From the NCBI GenBank assembly GCA_964562615.1, contig CAZLUD010000002.1:17907-81906 (forward strand): a stretch of DNA of 64,000 nucleotides. The letters run 5' to 3'. Source of the DNA: an uncultured Candidatus Saccharibacteria bacterium. Its GTDB lineage: Bacteria > Patescibacteriota > Minisyncoccia > Phycocordibacterales > UBA12088. The notes beneath the pieces were generated by a model, which did no database searches, was not told the DNA's origin, and was given only the letters and a program-made list of their open reading frames with translations. Both the position numbers and the translations under genes were made by a program. Every line of letters starts with the position of its first letter. Positions within the stretch are counted from its first letter, which is position 1. Shown here piece by piece: positions 38,276 through 47,388 of this stretch.

Positions 38276-38442
38276 GTCGATAGGTTCGCGACTCTATCGA
38301 CTTCGACATCGTAGATGGCGTTCCCTCCCCAGGGGCGGTGCGGGTGGAGAGCATTTTCTCTCCATATTGTGAACCGGGCTTGTGGCCCGCACCGCCCTCA
38401 CGGGCCGAGCATAGTCTTCCTTCACTGGAAGACTATTTTTGT
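38276..38442 (+). ncRNA. Structured small RNA candidate (about 165 nt) of unknown class
   Basis: Consensus promoter, 8-bp 5' hairpin, 12-bp long-range helix GGGCGGTGCGGG/CCCGCACCGCCC enclosing two hairpins, and an intrinsic terminator GTCTTCC...GGAAGAC-TATTTTT. Confidence 0.5.
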
Positions 38443-38502
38443 ATAGAGACAAAATAGGAAAAGTGATGTATAGTTTATTCAGCAGCAGAAAGGAGAGAGA
38501 GT

Positions 38503-38598
38503 ATGCAAACACTCGCCGAGAGAGTCATGCTTCGCGGTTTGTTACTTGTACCTCTTGTAATTCTTTTCACCCTTCTTCTAAAAGAAACTCTAATTTAG
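38503..38598 (+). CDS. 31-aa hydrophobic peptide ORF (MQTLAERVMLRGLLLVPLVILFTLLLKETLI) with a strong RBS; absent from the ORF track
   Basis: AAAGGAGAGAG RBS 5 nt upstream of the ATG. Followed by a terminator at 38627-38670 (ACCGCA...TGCGGT then T8). Confidence 0.45.
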   Translation: MQTLAERVMLRGLLLVPLVILFTLLLKETLI

Positions 38599-38626
38599 AG
38601 GAATATTCTCTCCTCTATTTACCTTT

Positions 38627-38670
38627 ACCGCAAGTATGATCTGTGTGATCGTATGTGCGGTATTTTTTTT
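38627..38670 (+). terminator. Rho-independent terminator
   Basis: ACCGCA...TGCGGT stem with a structured loop, then TTTTTTTT. Confidence 0.6.
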
Positions 38671-38747
38671 GTCCAATTTTTGCCCGTTGAGTAGATATCT
38701 CTTTGTGTGATATAACCTTGGAGGTCACACACATAAGGAGTTTTGGT

Positions 38748-39059
38748 ATGACTCAGCGCCTCGTTCAGATATACTTACTTCCTAAAGCGATAGAGATAGA
38801 AGAGTACAACAAAAAAGTTCGTCGGATTTGTGTGCTTTCTGCTTTTTTTGCAATAGTACTAGTAATTGTTGTTGCGTTTGTCTCAGAGCTTATAAAAGCA
38901 GTATTCGGCATACCATTTCAAGGCACCTTCGCAGAAGATGCTTTTCTTGTACTCGTAAGCGGCGTAATTGGACTTGCGCTTATAGGCTATATCACTCACC
39001 GGGGCAATCATGTCATGAACCTACGTAGGGTTAATGGCAGGTATGAACCAGACACATAG
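38748..39059 (+). CDS. Hypothetical small membrane protein. The AAGGAG RBS favours ATG 38748 over the track start at 38703
   Basis: AAGGAG 8 nt upstream. Two predicted TM helices. Confidence 0.5.
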   Translation: MTQRLVQIYLLPKAIEIEEYNKKVRRICVLSAFFAIVLVIVVAFVSELIKAVFGIPFQGTFAEDAFLVLVSGVIGLALIGYITHRGNHVMNLRRVNGRYEPDT

Positions 39060-39067
39060 TATGTATT

Positions 39068-39101
39068 GCCCGCACTATCATGAAAAATAGTGCGGGCTTT
39101 T
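39068..39101 (+). terminator. Rho-independent terminator
   Basis: GCCCGCACTAT-loop-ATAGTGCGGGC followed by TTTT. Confidence 0.8.
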
Positions 39102-39602
39102 ACTACTCTGAAAACAATTTTTACTTGGACGCATTATTAAGGTAACGCAAGTAAGGTGCGGTTATGGTAAATAGTATATTTTTATTATTCAAATTTTTTA
39201 ATTGATTTATTTGTGCCAGCAAGGAGAGAGGTCGGAGGACGGGAAGAGGGAGCGAATTTGAGTGTAAAATAATATATTTTTTTATTTGTACGAGTATTCA
39301 TACCAATCAATACTGCGCATTTATTACTAGAGGGAAGCTATTTAATGGCTTATTTGAAAATGCATGAGTGTCGCACAATATATCTTTTGCGTCATTAAAA
39401 TCAGGCAATTTGCGACGTATACTCTGTGGTCTGTATCAACTAACTATATTGTATTGATGCACTTCTATCTTCTGAGATTGGCGCGTGTTGTTAATCGATA
39501 CAAATATATATTGAACACAAAAGCGTGACTGTGTCCCCTCTGTGCCTCTACGGTAGTACTCACCATCATTGGTTATGTGTACTGCCTTATCTAAAGGATT
39601 TC

Positions 39603-41006
39603 TTATAGCAAGAAATCAAGTGGGTTGAGGTATGCGTTGTGTGCTGCTACAGGGATAATTGCACCGCCTTTTGAGCATGCAGTTGTAGGAGCAACACCAC
39701 TCTTTTTGTACCATTCGCCAAGATTCATGACTTGTACACCTTTTGTAGCAAATACACTGTAGTGCAAGTGAGGACCAGTTGAGTATCCAGTGTTGCCTGA
39801 GTAGCCGACAATACTACCACTATCAACTGCATGTCCCGGACTTACGCTAATAACTGAAAGGTGCGCATAGAGTGTAGAAAGACCATTTTGGTGTTCAACC
39901 AATACCCACTTGCCATAGCTGTAACAACCGCGAATTGAATCAGTATTGCCGGTTGCTGTAACTCTACCTGAGAGTGATGATCTAATCTTTGTCCCAAGAG
40001 GCGCCCTAAAATCGATGCCGTTATGACCCTTTCCACTGTAGGCACCGCTCTTTGCAAATGAGGTGTTGCCAAAGAGTTGTGTAATACAAAATGTGTTTTT
40101 AAGCAGTTTTTCAAATGACAGACAACCACTCATGTAGTCAGGAGAAAATGGCCAGCTAAGGGCTCCCGTACCTGAGGCTGGAATTGAGCTTGGGTCGAGG
40201 ATAAACTTGAGCTCACTTTCAAGTGCGACAATTTCTGCTTCAAGCTTGTCATACGCATCTTTTTTCTCTTTAAGGAGTGCCTGATATTTAGACTCTTGAT
40301 TTTGAGTTACTGAGAGGATGCTGGTTTTTTCTTTTCGTGCGACATCGAGCACTGATTTTTCATCTGATAGTTGACGCCTAAGCCCGGTAAGCTCTTGTGC
40401 TTTTTCTTCCTCCTCTTTGCGCACATCTTTGAGGCTTTGCGTAAGGGTCATGAGTTCACGTACATGTTCACGCACGGCACTCTCAAATTGTTGAATAGAA
40501 TCTTCTTGTTCCCAAAACTCAATAAGATTGTCGTGTTTAAGTAGTGACTCAAGCAGTGACTCATCTGAAAGGCGGTCAATTTTTCTGATTGATTCAGATA
40601 CGGCATTTCTGTCCATGATTATTTGCCCCATCTTGTTATCAATTTGCTCTGAGAGGGACTGTATCTCTGATTGGGTCTTGCCGATATTATTTTCGGTGTA
40701 GCGAATTTCCGTGCTGATTTTATTGCGTGAAATGTCAAGTGTTTTTACAGAATTTTGCAATGTCTGCTTTGCCTTACCAACCTCTACGAGCTGTACTTCG
40801 TATTGTCTAATCTCCGCTTCAAGCTCTTTTAATTTGGCGCTCGTGTTCTCGATTTTTGACTTTATCTCTTCTGCCTCCTTAGGAAGGGTAGATTCAGCAG
40901 TCGCGCTTTCATTGTTTGCGCTCTCTTGTGCATACACATACGAGCCATATGATGAGAGCATCATTGCCGCTATGAGTAAAATGACTAGGGAACGGGGATT
41001 CCTCAT
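39603..41006 (-). CDS. M23-family peptidoglycan endopeptidase with an N-terminal coiled coil (EnvC-like)
   Basis: Signal peptide, long coiled coil, M23 motifs HNGIDF and HLHYSV. Confidence 0.85.
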   Translation of the reverse strand: MRNPRSLVILLIAAMMLSSYGSYVYAQESANNESATAESTLPKEAEEIKSKIENTSAKLKELEAEIRQYEVQLVEVGKAKQTLQNSVKTLDISRNKISTEIRYTENNIGKTQSEIQSLSEQIDNKMGQIIMDRNAVSESIRKIDRLSDESLLESLLKHDNLIEFWEQEDSIQQFESAVREHVRELMTLTQSLKDVRKEEEEKAQELTGLRRQLSDEKSVLDVARKEKTSILSVTQNQESKYQALLKEKKDAYDKLEAEIVALESELKFILDPSSIPASGTGALSWPFSPDYMSGCLSFEKLLKNTFCITQLFGNTSFAKSGAYSGKGHNGIDFRAPLGTKIRSSLSGRVTATGNTDSIRGCYSYGKWVLVEHQNGLSTLYAHLSVISVSPGHAVDSGSIVGYSGNTGYSTGPHLHYSVFATKGVQVMNLGEWYKKSGVAPTTACSKGGAIIPVAAHNAYLNPLDFLL

Positions 41007-41008
41007 AT

Positions 41009-42343
41009 CTATGAAAGTAATGAAATCGCGTGATCAATCCTTTTAAGCGCGGCATCCTTCCCTATTGCTTCTGTAATAGTAAATGGGTCTGGGCTTTGCT
41101 CCTTTCCAGATAGCGCCACTCTCATTGGCCACAAGACATTCCCTCTCCCTACATTTGTTGCGTAGTCCCATACCGTGCTCTTTATTGTCTCTTTTACAAA
41201 TGCCTCACGGTCAAGTGATTCGAGCATGGTTCGTACCTCACTAAGATGGGTGCGTGCCACTTCCCGCTCTATCTTACCCTTCATCCGTAGTATGTCGCTT
41301 TCATAGGCAGGATCATTGGTATAAAAAGAAAATTCCCCTGCTTGCTCTAGTTCTTTGATTTGTGGGATACGGGTGATTCTTTCAAGCGCATCAGTGTATG
41401 CCGCGTCACTCTTTTCAAGTACACCGTAGAGTGCTTCGCTAGCATGCAAGGCTATATCACGGAGGTTCTCTTCTTTGGTACGCTTTTGGATATAGTGTGC
41501 GTTAAACCAATTTAGCTTTTCTACATCAAATACCCCCGCACCTTTTTGGAGTCCAGATATATCAAATCGTGCGATAAGCTCGTCAATCGTAAAAAACTCT
41601 TCGTCACTTTTTGGGCTCCATCCAAGGAGTGCAAGATAGTTTATAATCGCTTCTTTTAGATAGCCCATATCCCTATAGTCGGTTACGGCAACAGCGCCAT
41701 GTCGCTTTGAGAGTTTGGTTTTATCAGCAGCTAATATGAGAGAGAGGTGTGCATACACTGGTCGTGGAAAGCCTAGCGCCTCTTGAATGAGAATTTGTCG
41801 TGGGGTGTTTGCAATATGGTCATCACCACGTATTACATGAGTCACTCCCATAAGGTAGTCATCAACCACTACCGTAAAGTGGTACAGTGGGCTATCCATA
41901 TCTCTTGCGATAACCATGTCACCAAGGTCGGTGGTATCAACAGAGATATCTCCGCGCACCTCATCAGTAAAGGTAAGTACGGTGTTGGTATTTCTCAGTC
42001 GCACTACTTCTACCATTTCTCCCGGGTTCATTTTACTCTCTTCTTTAGAGAGATAGGCTTTATCAGATGCAAGTAATGCTTCAAGATATGGTTTATATAA
42101 GTCGTTTCGTTCAGATTGACGGTACGGACCTTCATAGCTAATACCAAGCCAAGAAAGCGCCTCTAGTATATTGTCCTCATATTCTCTCTTACTACGCTCT
42201 TTGTCGGTATCCTCAATACGCAGGACGCAGGTCCCGCCTTTGTGCATAGCAAAAAGATAGTTAAACAATAGTGTACGCACATTGCCAATGTGAAGAAGCC
42301 CAGTAGGACTTGGTGGCATTCTGGTTTTGATGGTAGTACTCAT
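41009..42343 (-). CDS. gltX: Glutamyl-tRNA synthetase
   Basis: PSPTGLLHIGN and KLSKRHG class I motifs. Confidence 0.9.
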   Translation of the reverse strand: MSTTIKTRMPPSPTGLLHIGNVRTLLFNYLFAMHKGGTCVLRIEDTDKERSKREYEDNILEALSWLGISYEGPYRQSERNDLYKPYLEALLASDKAYLSKEESKMNPGEMVEVVRLRNTNTVLTFTDEVRGDISVDTTDLGDMVIARDMDSPLYHFTVVVDDYLMGVTHVIRGDDHIANTPRQILIQEALGFPRPVYAHLSLILAADKTKLSKRHGAVAVTDYRDMGYLKEAIINYLALLGWSPKSDEEFFTIDELIARFDISGLQKGAGVFDVEKLNWFNAHYIQKRTKEENLRDIALHASEALYGVLEKSDAAYTDALERITRIPQIKELEQAGEFSFYTNDPAYESDILRMKGKIEREVARTHLSEVRTMLESLDREAFVKETIKSTVWDYATNVGRGNVLWPMRVALSGKEQSPDPFTITEAIGKDAALKRIDHAISLLS

Positions 42344-43476
42344 GCCTCGTGTTCTAGTGCTATGTCTATTAACTCATTTGCAATTTTGTTGGCTGCATCA
42401 GGTTTTTGAAATTGCTTTGCAGATGTACGCATACTTGCTTGTAGCTTGGTATCTTCTACTAGCCGAGCAAGCTCTGCAAGAAGCACATGTGGGGTAAGAT
42501 TCCCCTGCTCTATCACCTCTGCGGCACCGGTCTTTGCGTAGGCGTAGGCATTTTTGCGCTGATCGCGGCTTATATCTTCAGGTATTGGTACCAATATTGC
42601 TGGTATTTCCCATGAGGCGATTTCGTAGATGGTGCCTGATCCTGCGCGTGATACCACCACCACCGCAATACCAGCAACCATTCTCAGTGCAAGCTCGCCA
42701 AGGTATGCAAATGGTTTGTAGCGCGCGGCGTACTCGTTGTTCTCTAGTATCACTTTCGCAGCGCCTGCGGTCTGTGCAAAGAGCGCCTCACCAGTTTGAT
42801 GAATGATCTGGTATTTGGTAACCAGATCAGGTAATGCTTCTAGGATAACGTCATTTAATGCAAGTGAGCCTTGTGATCCACCGATAATAAAGATGGTTGG
42901 GATTGATGGATCAAGTCCAAGGTATTCATTCCCTCCTTCTCTTATTGGCTTGAGGATATCTCTTCGTATTGGATTACCCACAAATGCAATTTTGTCCTTG
43001 TACTCTTTAAAGTAGTCTATCGCCTCTGGGTATGAAATACCGATACGCACTGCGTATTTAGCAGAGTACAAATTAACTCTTCCAGGTACCGCGTCAGAGT
43101 CATGGATAAAAATAGGAATACGCAATATACGCGCAGCGATGATGATAGGAAAACTCACATACCCTCCTTTACTAAATACTACGTCAGGATAAATCTTGAA
43201 TAATAGAAAAGTAGATTTGATTATGCCAGCAACAGTTTTTATGGAATCAAAAAAATTCCTGATAGAAAAGTACACACGTACCTTTCCTGCAGGAGATCGT
43301 CTAAATTGTATGTTCTTTTCAAAAAGAATTTTTTCATCGTACGGGGTGTCTGCGATGTAGTACAGCTCGGGAGTGAGTAGGTTTCGTTTTTCTGCAATAG
43401 CCATTATCTCTTCAGCAACCGCGATAAGCGGGTAAAAGTGTCCTCCTGTTCCTCCTCCGGTGAGTACTATTTTCAT
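42340..43476 (-). CDS. murG: Lipid II synthase MurG (UDP-GlcNAc transferase)
   Basis: N-terminal GGTGGHFYP motif and a GT28 C-terminal domain. Confidence 0.9.
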   Translation of the reverse strand: MKIVLTGGGTGGHFYPLIAVAEEIMAIAEKRNLLTPELYYIADTPYDEKILFEKNIQFRRSPAGKVRVYFSIRNFFDSIKTVAGIIKSTFLLFKIYPDVVFSKGGYVSFPIIIAARILRIPIFIHDSDAVPGRVNLYSAKYAVRIGISYPEAIDYFKEYKDKIAFVGNPIRRDILKPIREGGNEYLGLDPSIPTIFIIGGSQGSLALNDVILEALPDLVTKYQIIHQTGEALFAQTAGAAKVILENNEYAARYKPFAYLGELALRMVAGIAVVVVSRAGSGTIYEIASWEIPAILVPIPEDISRDQRKNAYAYAKTGAAEVIEQGNLTPHVLLAELARLVEDTKLQASMRTSAKQFQKPDAANKIANELIDIALEHEA

Positions 43477-44573
43477 GCAATATATCGAGACACATTAAGA
43501 ATTATACCTACCTCTGCAAGGGTAATAAGCATGGCGGTACCACCGTGGCTAATAAAGAGTAATGGCACTCCAGTCAAGGGTACTATGCCGAGCATTGCCC
43601 CAATATTGATAAATGACTGAGACACTATAAGTATAACAATACCGGTTACTATGAGTCCACCATACATATCTGGTGCTTTTGCCGCAATAGAAAGCCCTCG
43701 GTAGCAAAACAAAACAAATAAAAAGACCAGTAGCACGCTTCCAACAAAGCCAAATTCTTCTGCGTATACAGAGAATATCGAGTCTCCAATCGGTTCGGGT
43801 AGATAGTTAAACTTTTGCACGCTTTGTCCGAAGCCTCGCCCAAACATGCCACCAGAGCCGATAGCGATAAGTGACTGGTCTATCTGGTATCCACTTCCAA
43901 GAGTGTCGTGGCTTGGGTTAAAAAAGGTCTTAACACGTGCCATGGCATAATCACGTGACATGATAAGACCGGTAAGTGCGGTTACTGCGATAAGACACAC
44001 TATTACAATGTCTCGAGCACGTGCGCCTGCCACCAAGTACATGGCACCAGCTGCTGCAAGTACGGTCAAGAATGTCCCAGTATCAGGTTGCAGTAACAGC
44101 AGTACCCCTACCCCACCTGTCCCTACTAATAGTGGCACAATGCCATAGTAGAAAGTGTGCATCTGCGTTTTGTAGGTAGTGAGCCACCACGCATAAAAAA
44201 ACACAAAACCCAGCTTCAAAAACTCAGACGGTTGCATTGAAAACCCGAGTATATGCACCCAGCGTTTTGCTCCCCCATGCTCAAATCCAAGTCCAGGAAC
44301 AAATACAAGTAATGTAGCAATAATAGAAAACACGAAAAGTATTAAGGCAAATTTTTTCCAGTACTGGTAGTTTATTCGTGATGTGATATACAGCGCGATG
44401 CCTCCTCCGATAACACCAAGTACAATTTGGTTGAATGCAACACTTGAAAATGACGCCCCATCACGGGCAAGTAGTCCCAATGAAGCAGAGGTAAAAATAA
44501 AAAACCCTATACCAACAAGGAGTGCAACTACTATAAAAAATGCCTTGTCAAAAGGTTTCTCTGCCCGTCTCAT
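43473..44573 (-). CDS. ftsW: SEDS-family peptidoglycan polymerase FtsW/RodA
   Basis: 10-TM SEDS fold, lying between mraY and murG. Confidence 0.85.
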   Translation of the reverse strand: MRRAEKPFDKAFFIVVALLVGIGFFIFTSASLGLLARDGASFSSVAFNQIVLGVIGGGIALYITSRINYQYWKKFALILFVFSIIATLLVFVPGLGFEHGGAKRWVHILGFSMQPSEFLKLGFVFFYAWWLTTYKTQMHTFYYGIVPLLVGTGGVGVLLLLQPDTGTFLTVLAAAGAMYLVAGARARDIVIVCLIAVTALTGLIMSRDYAMARVKTFFNPSHDTLGSGYQIDQSLIAIGSGGMFGRGFGQSVQKFNYLPEPIGDSIFSVYAEEFGFVGSVLLVFLFVLFCYRGLSIAAKAPDMYGGLIVTGIVILIVSQSFINIGAMLGIVPLTGVPLLFISHGGTAMLITLAEVGIILNVSRYIA

Positions 44574-44577
44574 AGCA

Positions 44578-45642
44578 TTAGCCGGTAAGGGCGATAATTA
44601 CACCAATAAATGCAAAAAGAACAGAAAGTACCCAGTAGCGCATGGTGACCTTGTAACTTGGCCATCCAATCGCTTCAAAGTGATGATGAATTGGTGCTAC
44701 TCTGAACAATTTTTTGCCCCGAAATCGTTTTGAGCATACTTGCAGTATGTTTGAGAGTACGGTAATAACAAGCAAAAAACCTATCACAAGGAGAAGCGAT
44801 ATCCCTTCTCCACCGCCAAGCGCATCAGTCATAAACGCAAGAACGGCAATGGTCATGGTGATTCCCATGGTGCCTGTTTCTGTCATCCAAAATCTAGCTG
44901 GTGGGATGTTAAACCACAAAAAGGCAAGCGTTGCACCAAGCATGGCGCCAGAGAAGGCGGCGAGGTTTAACTGTGATTGTGAAAACGCAATAAGCGCATA
45001 GGCGGCAAATATAGATGCAAATACTCCACCAGAGAGCCCGTCGATGCCATCTATTACTCCACTAGCGTACAGCGCCACCATAACAAGCACAAAAAGCGGA
45101 ATGATATATGCACCCAAGGTTATGTCAGAAAGGTATGGTAGCCCTACACTAACCACATCAAGTTTTGCATAAAACCACCACGCTACACCGGCACCGACTA
45201 CCGTCACCACAGCAAGACGATGAAAAATTGAAAGCCCCCGCTCTCCCTCTGGAGCTATATCCCGTATGTCATTAAGCAATCCCACGAGACTTCCAAGAAG
45301 TAGTGTCATAAGCGGTATCCACGTTTGATCGCGAGAAAGATAATCCAACTTATCAAATAGCGGCACATCAGTTATAAGTGCAAGCAAGTAGTAGAGTGCG
45401 GTAGTGATACACACACTGAGCCAAATAATAATGCCACCCATACGTGGTGTCTTTGTCTCGGTGTGTTCTCGAAGTTTTGAAAATTCTTCCGCGGTACTTC
45501 CGTCCAGTGCTACTTTATGTGGTTGCTTTTTCCAGGCTTTATATTTGTATAGATAGTGCGTAATGATAGGTGTGATACCAATACCAACAGCAAACGCAGT
45601 TGCGACAGGTATGAGGACTTTTACTATAGAAAAGGTAATCAT
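44578..45642 (-). CDS. mraY: Phospho-N-acetylmuramoyl-pentapeptide transferase MraY
   Basis: PIHHHFE motif and 10 TM helices. Confidence 0.9.
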   Translation of the reverse strand: MITFSIVKVLIPVATAFAVGIGITPIITHYLYKYKAWKKQPHKVALDGSTAEEFSKLREHTETKTPRMGGIIIWLSVCITTALYYLLALITDVPLFDKLDYLSRDQTWIPLMTLLLGSLVGLLNDIRDIAPEGERGLSIFHRLAVVTVVGAGVAWWFYAKLDVVSVGLPYLSDITLGAYIIPLFVLVMVALYASGVIDGIDGLSGGVFASIFAAYALIAFSQSQLNLAAFSGAMLGATLAFLWFNIPPARFWMTETGTMGITMTIAVLAFMTDALGGGEGISLLLVIGFLLVITVLSNILQVCSKRFRGKKLFRVAPIHHHFEAIGWPSYKVTMRYWVLSVLFAFIGVIIALTG

Positions 45643-45702
45643 TCATTAGATTGTAGCATGGGTAGCTACTTTATTTGAACGCATACAAAATAGATGTGTG
45701 GG

Positions 45703-45731
45703 TTGACACATTACATGCATTGTAGTATTAT
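45703..45731 (+). promoter_or_regulatory. Consensus sigma70 promoter of ncRNA candidate 2
   Basis: TTGACA, 17-nt spacer, TATTAT. Confidence 0.6.
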
Positions 45732-45737
45732 ATACAC

Positions 45738-45904
45738 ATATCGTTCTTTCCATTTTTGGAGCACAGTTGACCATCGGTCGCTTCGGACCCGATCGATGGT
45801 CTTATGGGTGGCGAATCCTTGATACACAAGCTAATCCACGGTAGCTTGCAGTCGGGTTCGCCACCCACTATACCCGCCGCCTTTTATAAAGGCGGCCTTT
45901 TGTT
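45738..45904 (+). ncRNA. Structured small RNA candidate (about 165 nt) of unknown class
   Basis: 12-bp hairpin capped by a cUUCGg tetraloop; 10-bp long-range helix GGGTGGCGAA/TTCGCCACCC enclosing a 7-bp hairpin; intrinsic terminator GCCGCCTTT-TAT-AAAGGCGGC followed by CTTTTGTT. Confidence 0.5.
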
Positions 45905-46883
45905 AGTTGCGAGAGTTAATTACTTCTCGAGCAATTTCTGAGAGATATATAGCGTCACTAAACCGCTCGTCCTTGGTTGAACCTAGTACTACCACCACCG
46001 CTGGATGGCCAATACCAGCATCAAATGCAATGACTAAATTGCCTCCAGCAAGATCAGTATAGCCAGTTTTAGATGCGATAAGTCCTGGTATCATCCCGAC
46101 AAGAGTATTTGTATTTTCAGCAATATGAGAAGCATTGAGCGAATCTGTCGATACTACTAGGTCTTTGGTCTTTGCAAGTAGCTCTGGTTTGGTGCGCAGT
46201 AGATACGCAGTAAGCATGCTCATATCTCTCGCAGAGCCATATGCACCACTGTGCGTGAGGCTAATATCAAGCCCAGTAGGATTTAAAAAGTATGTTTGCT
46301 GTAGTCCTAATGATTTGGCATACATATTCATGCTTTCAACAAAACCACCAAGGTTATGAGTGCCATCCGGTAGTATATCGTCCGCAGCAAGCGCAACTGC
46401 CGCAGCGCCATCATTTGATGAGGTGATAAGGGTGTAATCAAGGAGATCAGGCAAGTACCACGATTCGCCATAGGTAAAACCAGACTCCCCCTCTTCATTA
46501 AGCGCTTCTTCAGTGATGGTAATTGGTGAGGCGTCTGAGAGTGATTCACTTGCCACAAGAGCGGTCATGAGCTTTGCCACAGAGGCAAGTGGAAGCTGCG
46601 CATCTGCATTTCTCTCGTAGAGAATTTCATTTTGGAGGACGTCATATACCACAAACGAACGAGCCACTACCCTACTTTCATCTATAGCAACTGTTGGTAT
46701 TGCGCGCGTTGGTGATGAGATAGTGTAAGAGCTCTCTGTGGTGTCTTCTAGTAAAAAGTATCTAGCACCAAGCACACTCATCATCGTGATGAATAAAAGT
46801 ACCATTGCTGGCACTGGCAGTGATGCAAGTGGTTTATACGTCATGGTCATTGTCTTGTGATTCTTCATTAAGAAATGAGGCAA
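45903..46883 (-). CDS. D-alanyl-D-alanine carboxypeptidase (S11, PBP5-like)
   Basis: SVAK (SxxK), SSND (SxN) and KTGYT (KTG) motifs. The start is likely an internal ATG. Confidence 0.85.
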   Translation of the reverse strand: MPHFLMKNHKTMTMTYKPLASLPVPAMVLLFITMMSVLGARYFLLEDTTESSYTISSPTRAIPTVAIDESRVVARSFVVYDVLQNEILYERNADAQLPLASVAKLMTALVASESLSDASPITITEEALNEEGESGFTYGESWYLPDLLDYTLITSSNDGAAAVALAADDILPDGTHNLGGFVESMNMYAKSLGLQQTYFLNPTGLDISLTHSGAYGSARDMSMLTAYLLRTKPELLAKTKDLVVSTDSLNASHIAENTNTLVGMIPGLIASKTGYTDLAGGNLVIAFDAGIGHPAVVVVLGSTKDERFSDAIYLSEIAREVINSRN

Positions 46884-47388
46884 GGGTTGCGGTTACTGAT
46901 GCGTAGTCAGGTAATGCCTCAACTGACGGTACGCCAAGATGAGTAAGTAATTCAAGGGTTGGAAGGTACACAAAAGTACGAGCATCATTATGGCGAGTTT
47001 CCTTCTTAACAAGACCACGCACCATAAGTGCACGCAAAATAAAGCTTGAGTTTACTCCTCTGATGTAATCAATTTCAGCACGGGTTATTGGTCCATGATA
47101 CAGCACGATGGATAGTGTTTCTAGCCCCGCCTTACCTATGTCTTTGCTTAGTTCTTCCTTGCGAAGGGCGGTAATGAAGTCCCCCATCTCTTTTTTGGTG
47201 GCAAGCACGACTGTGGTAGCATCTTTTACAAGGGTGAGCGCGCCACCTTCAAGATGTTGTTCAAGCTCGGTGATTGCAAGTTGTAGTTGTTCGTCATCAA
47301 GTCCGCATACTTTTTTAAGCTCATCAAAAGAGACGGGTGAGCCGTTATAAAACAAGTATGCTTCTATTTTTTTGCTAGACTCGTTCAT
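46834..47388 (-). CDS. scpB: Segregation and condensation protein B
   Basis: Tandem winged-helix ScpB architecture, adjacent to scpA. Confidence 0.85.
   Translation of the reverse strand: MNESSKKIEAYLFYNGSPVSFDELKKVCGLDDEQLQLAITELEQHLEGGALTLVKDATTVVLATKKEMGDFITALRKEELSKDIGKAGLETLSIVLYHGPITRAEIDYIRGVNSSFILRALMVRGLVKKETRHNDARTFVYLPTLELLTHLGVPSVEALPDYASVTATLASFLNEESQDNDHDV

Noticed and set aside
38439-38639. 66-aa track ORF spanning the ncRNA terminator and the small peptide ORF in another frame
   Set aside because: No RBS. It crosses an intrinsic terminator. The properly RBS-equipped 31-aa ORF in the +1 frame is preferred.
45760-45870. tRNA-like or 4.5S SRP RNA interpretation of the 45.7-kb structured RNA
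   Set aside because: No T-arm/D-arm cloverleaf. The end-pairing helix encloses only about 40 nt. No GNRA-capped helix 8 with the SRP symmetric/asymmetric loops could be fitted. Left unclassified.
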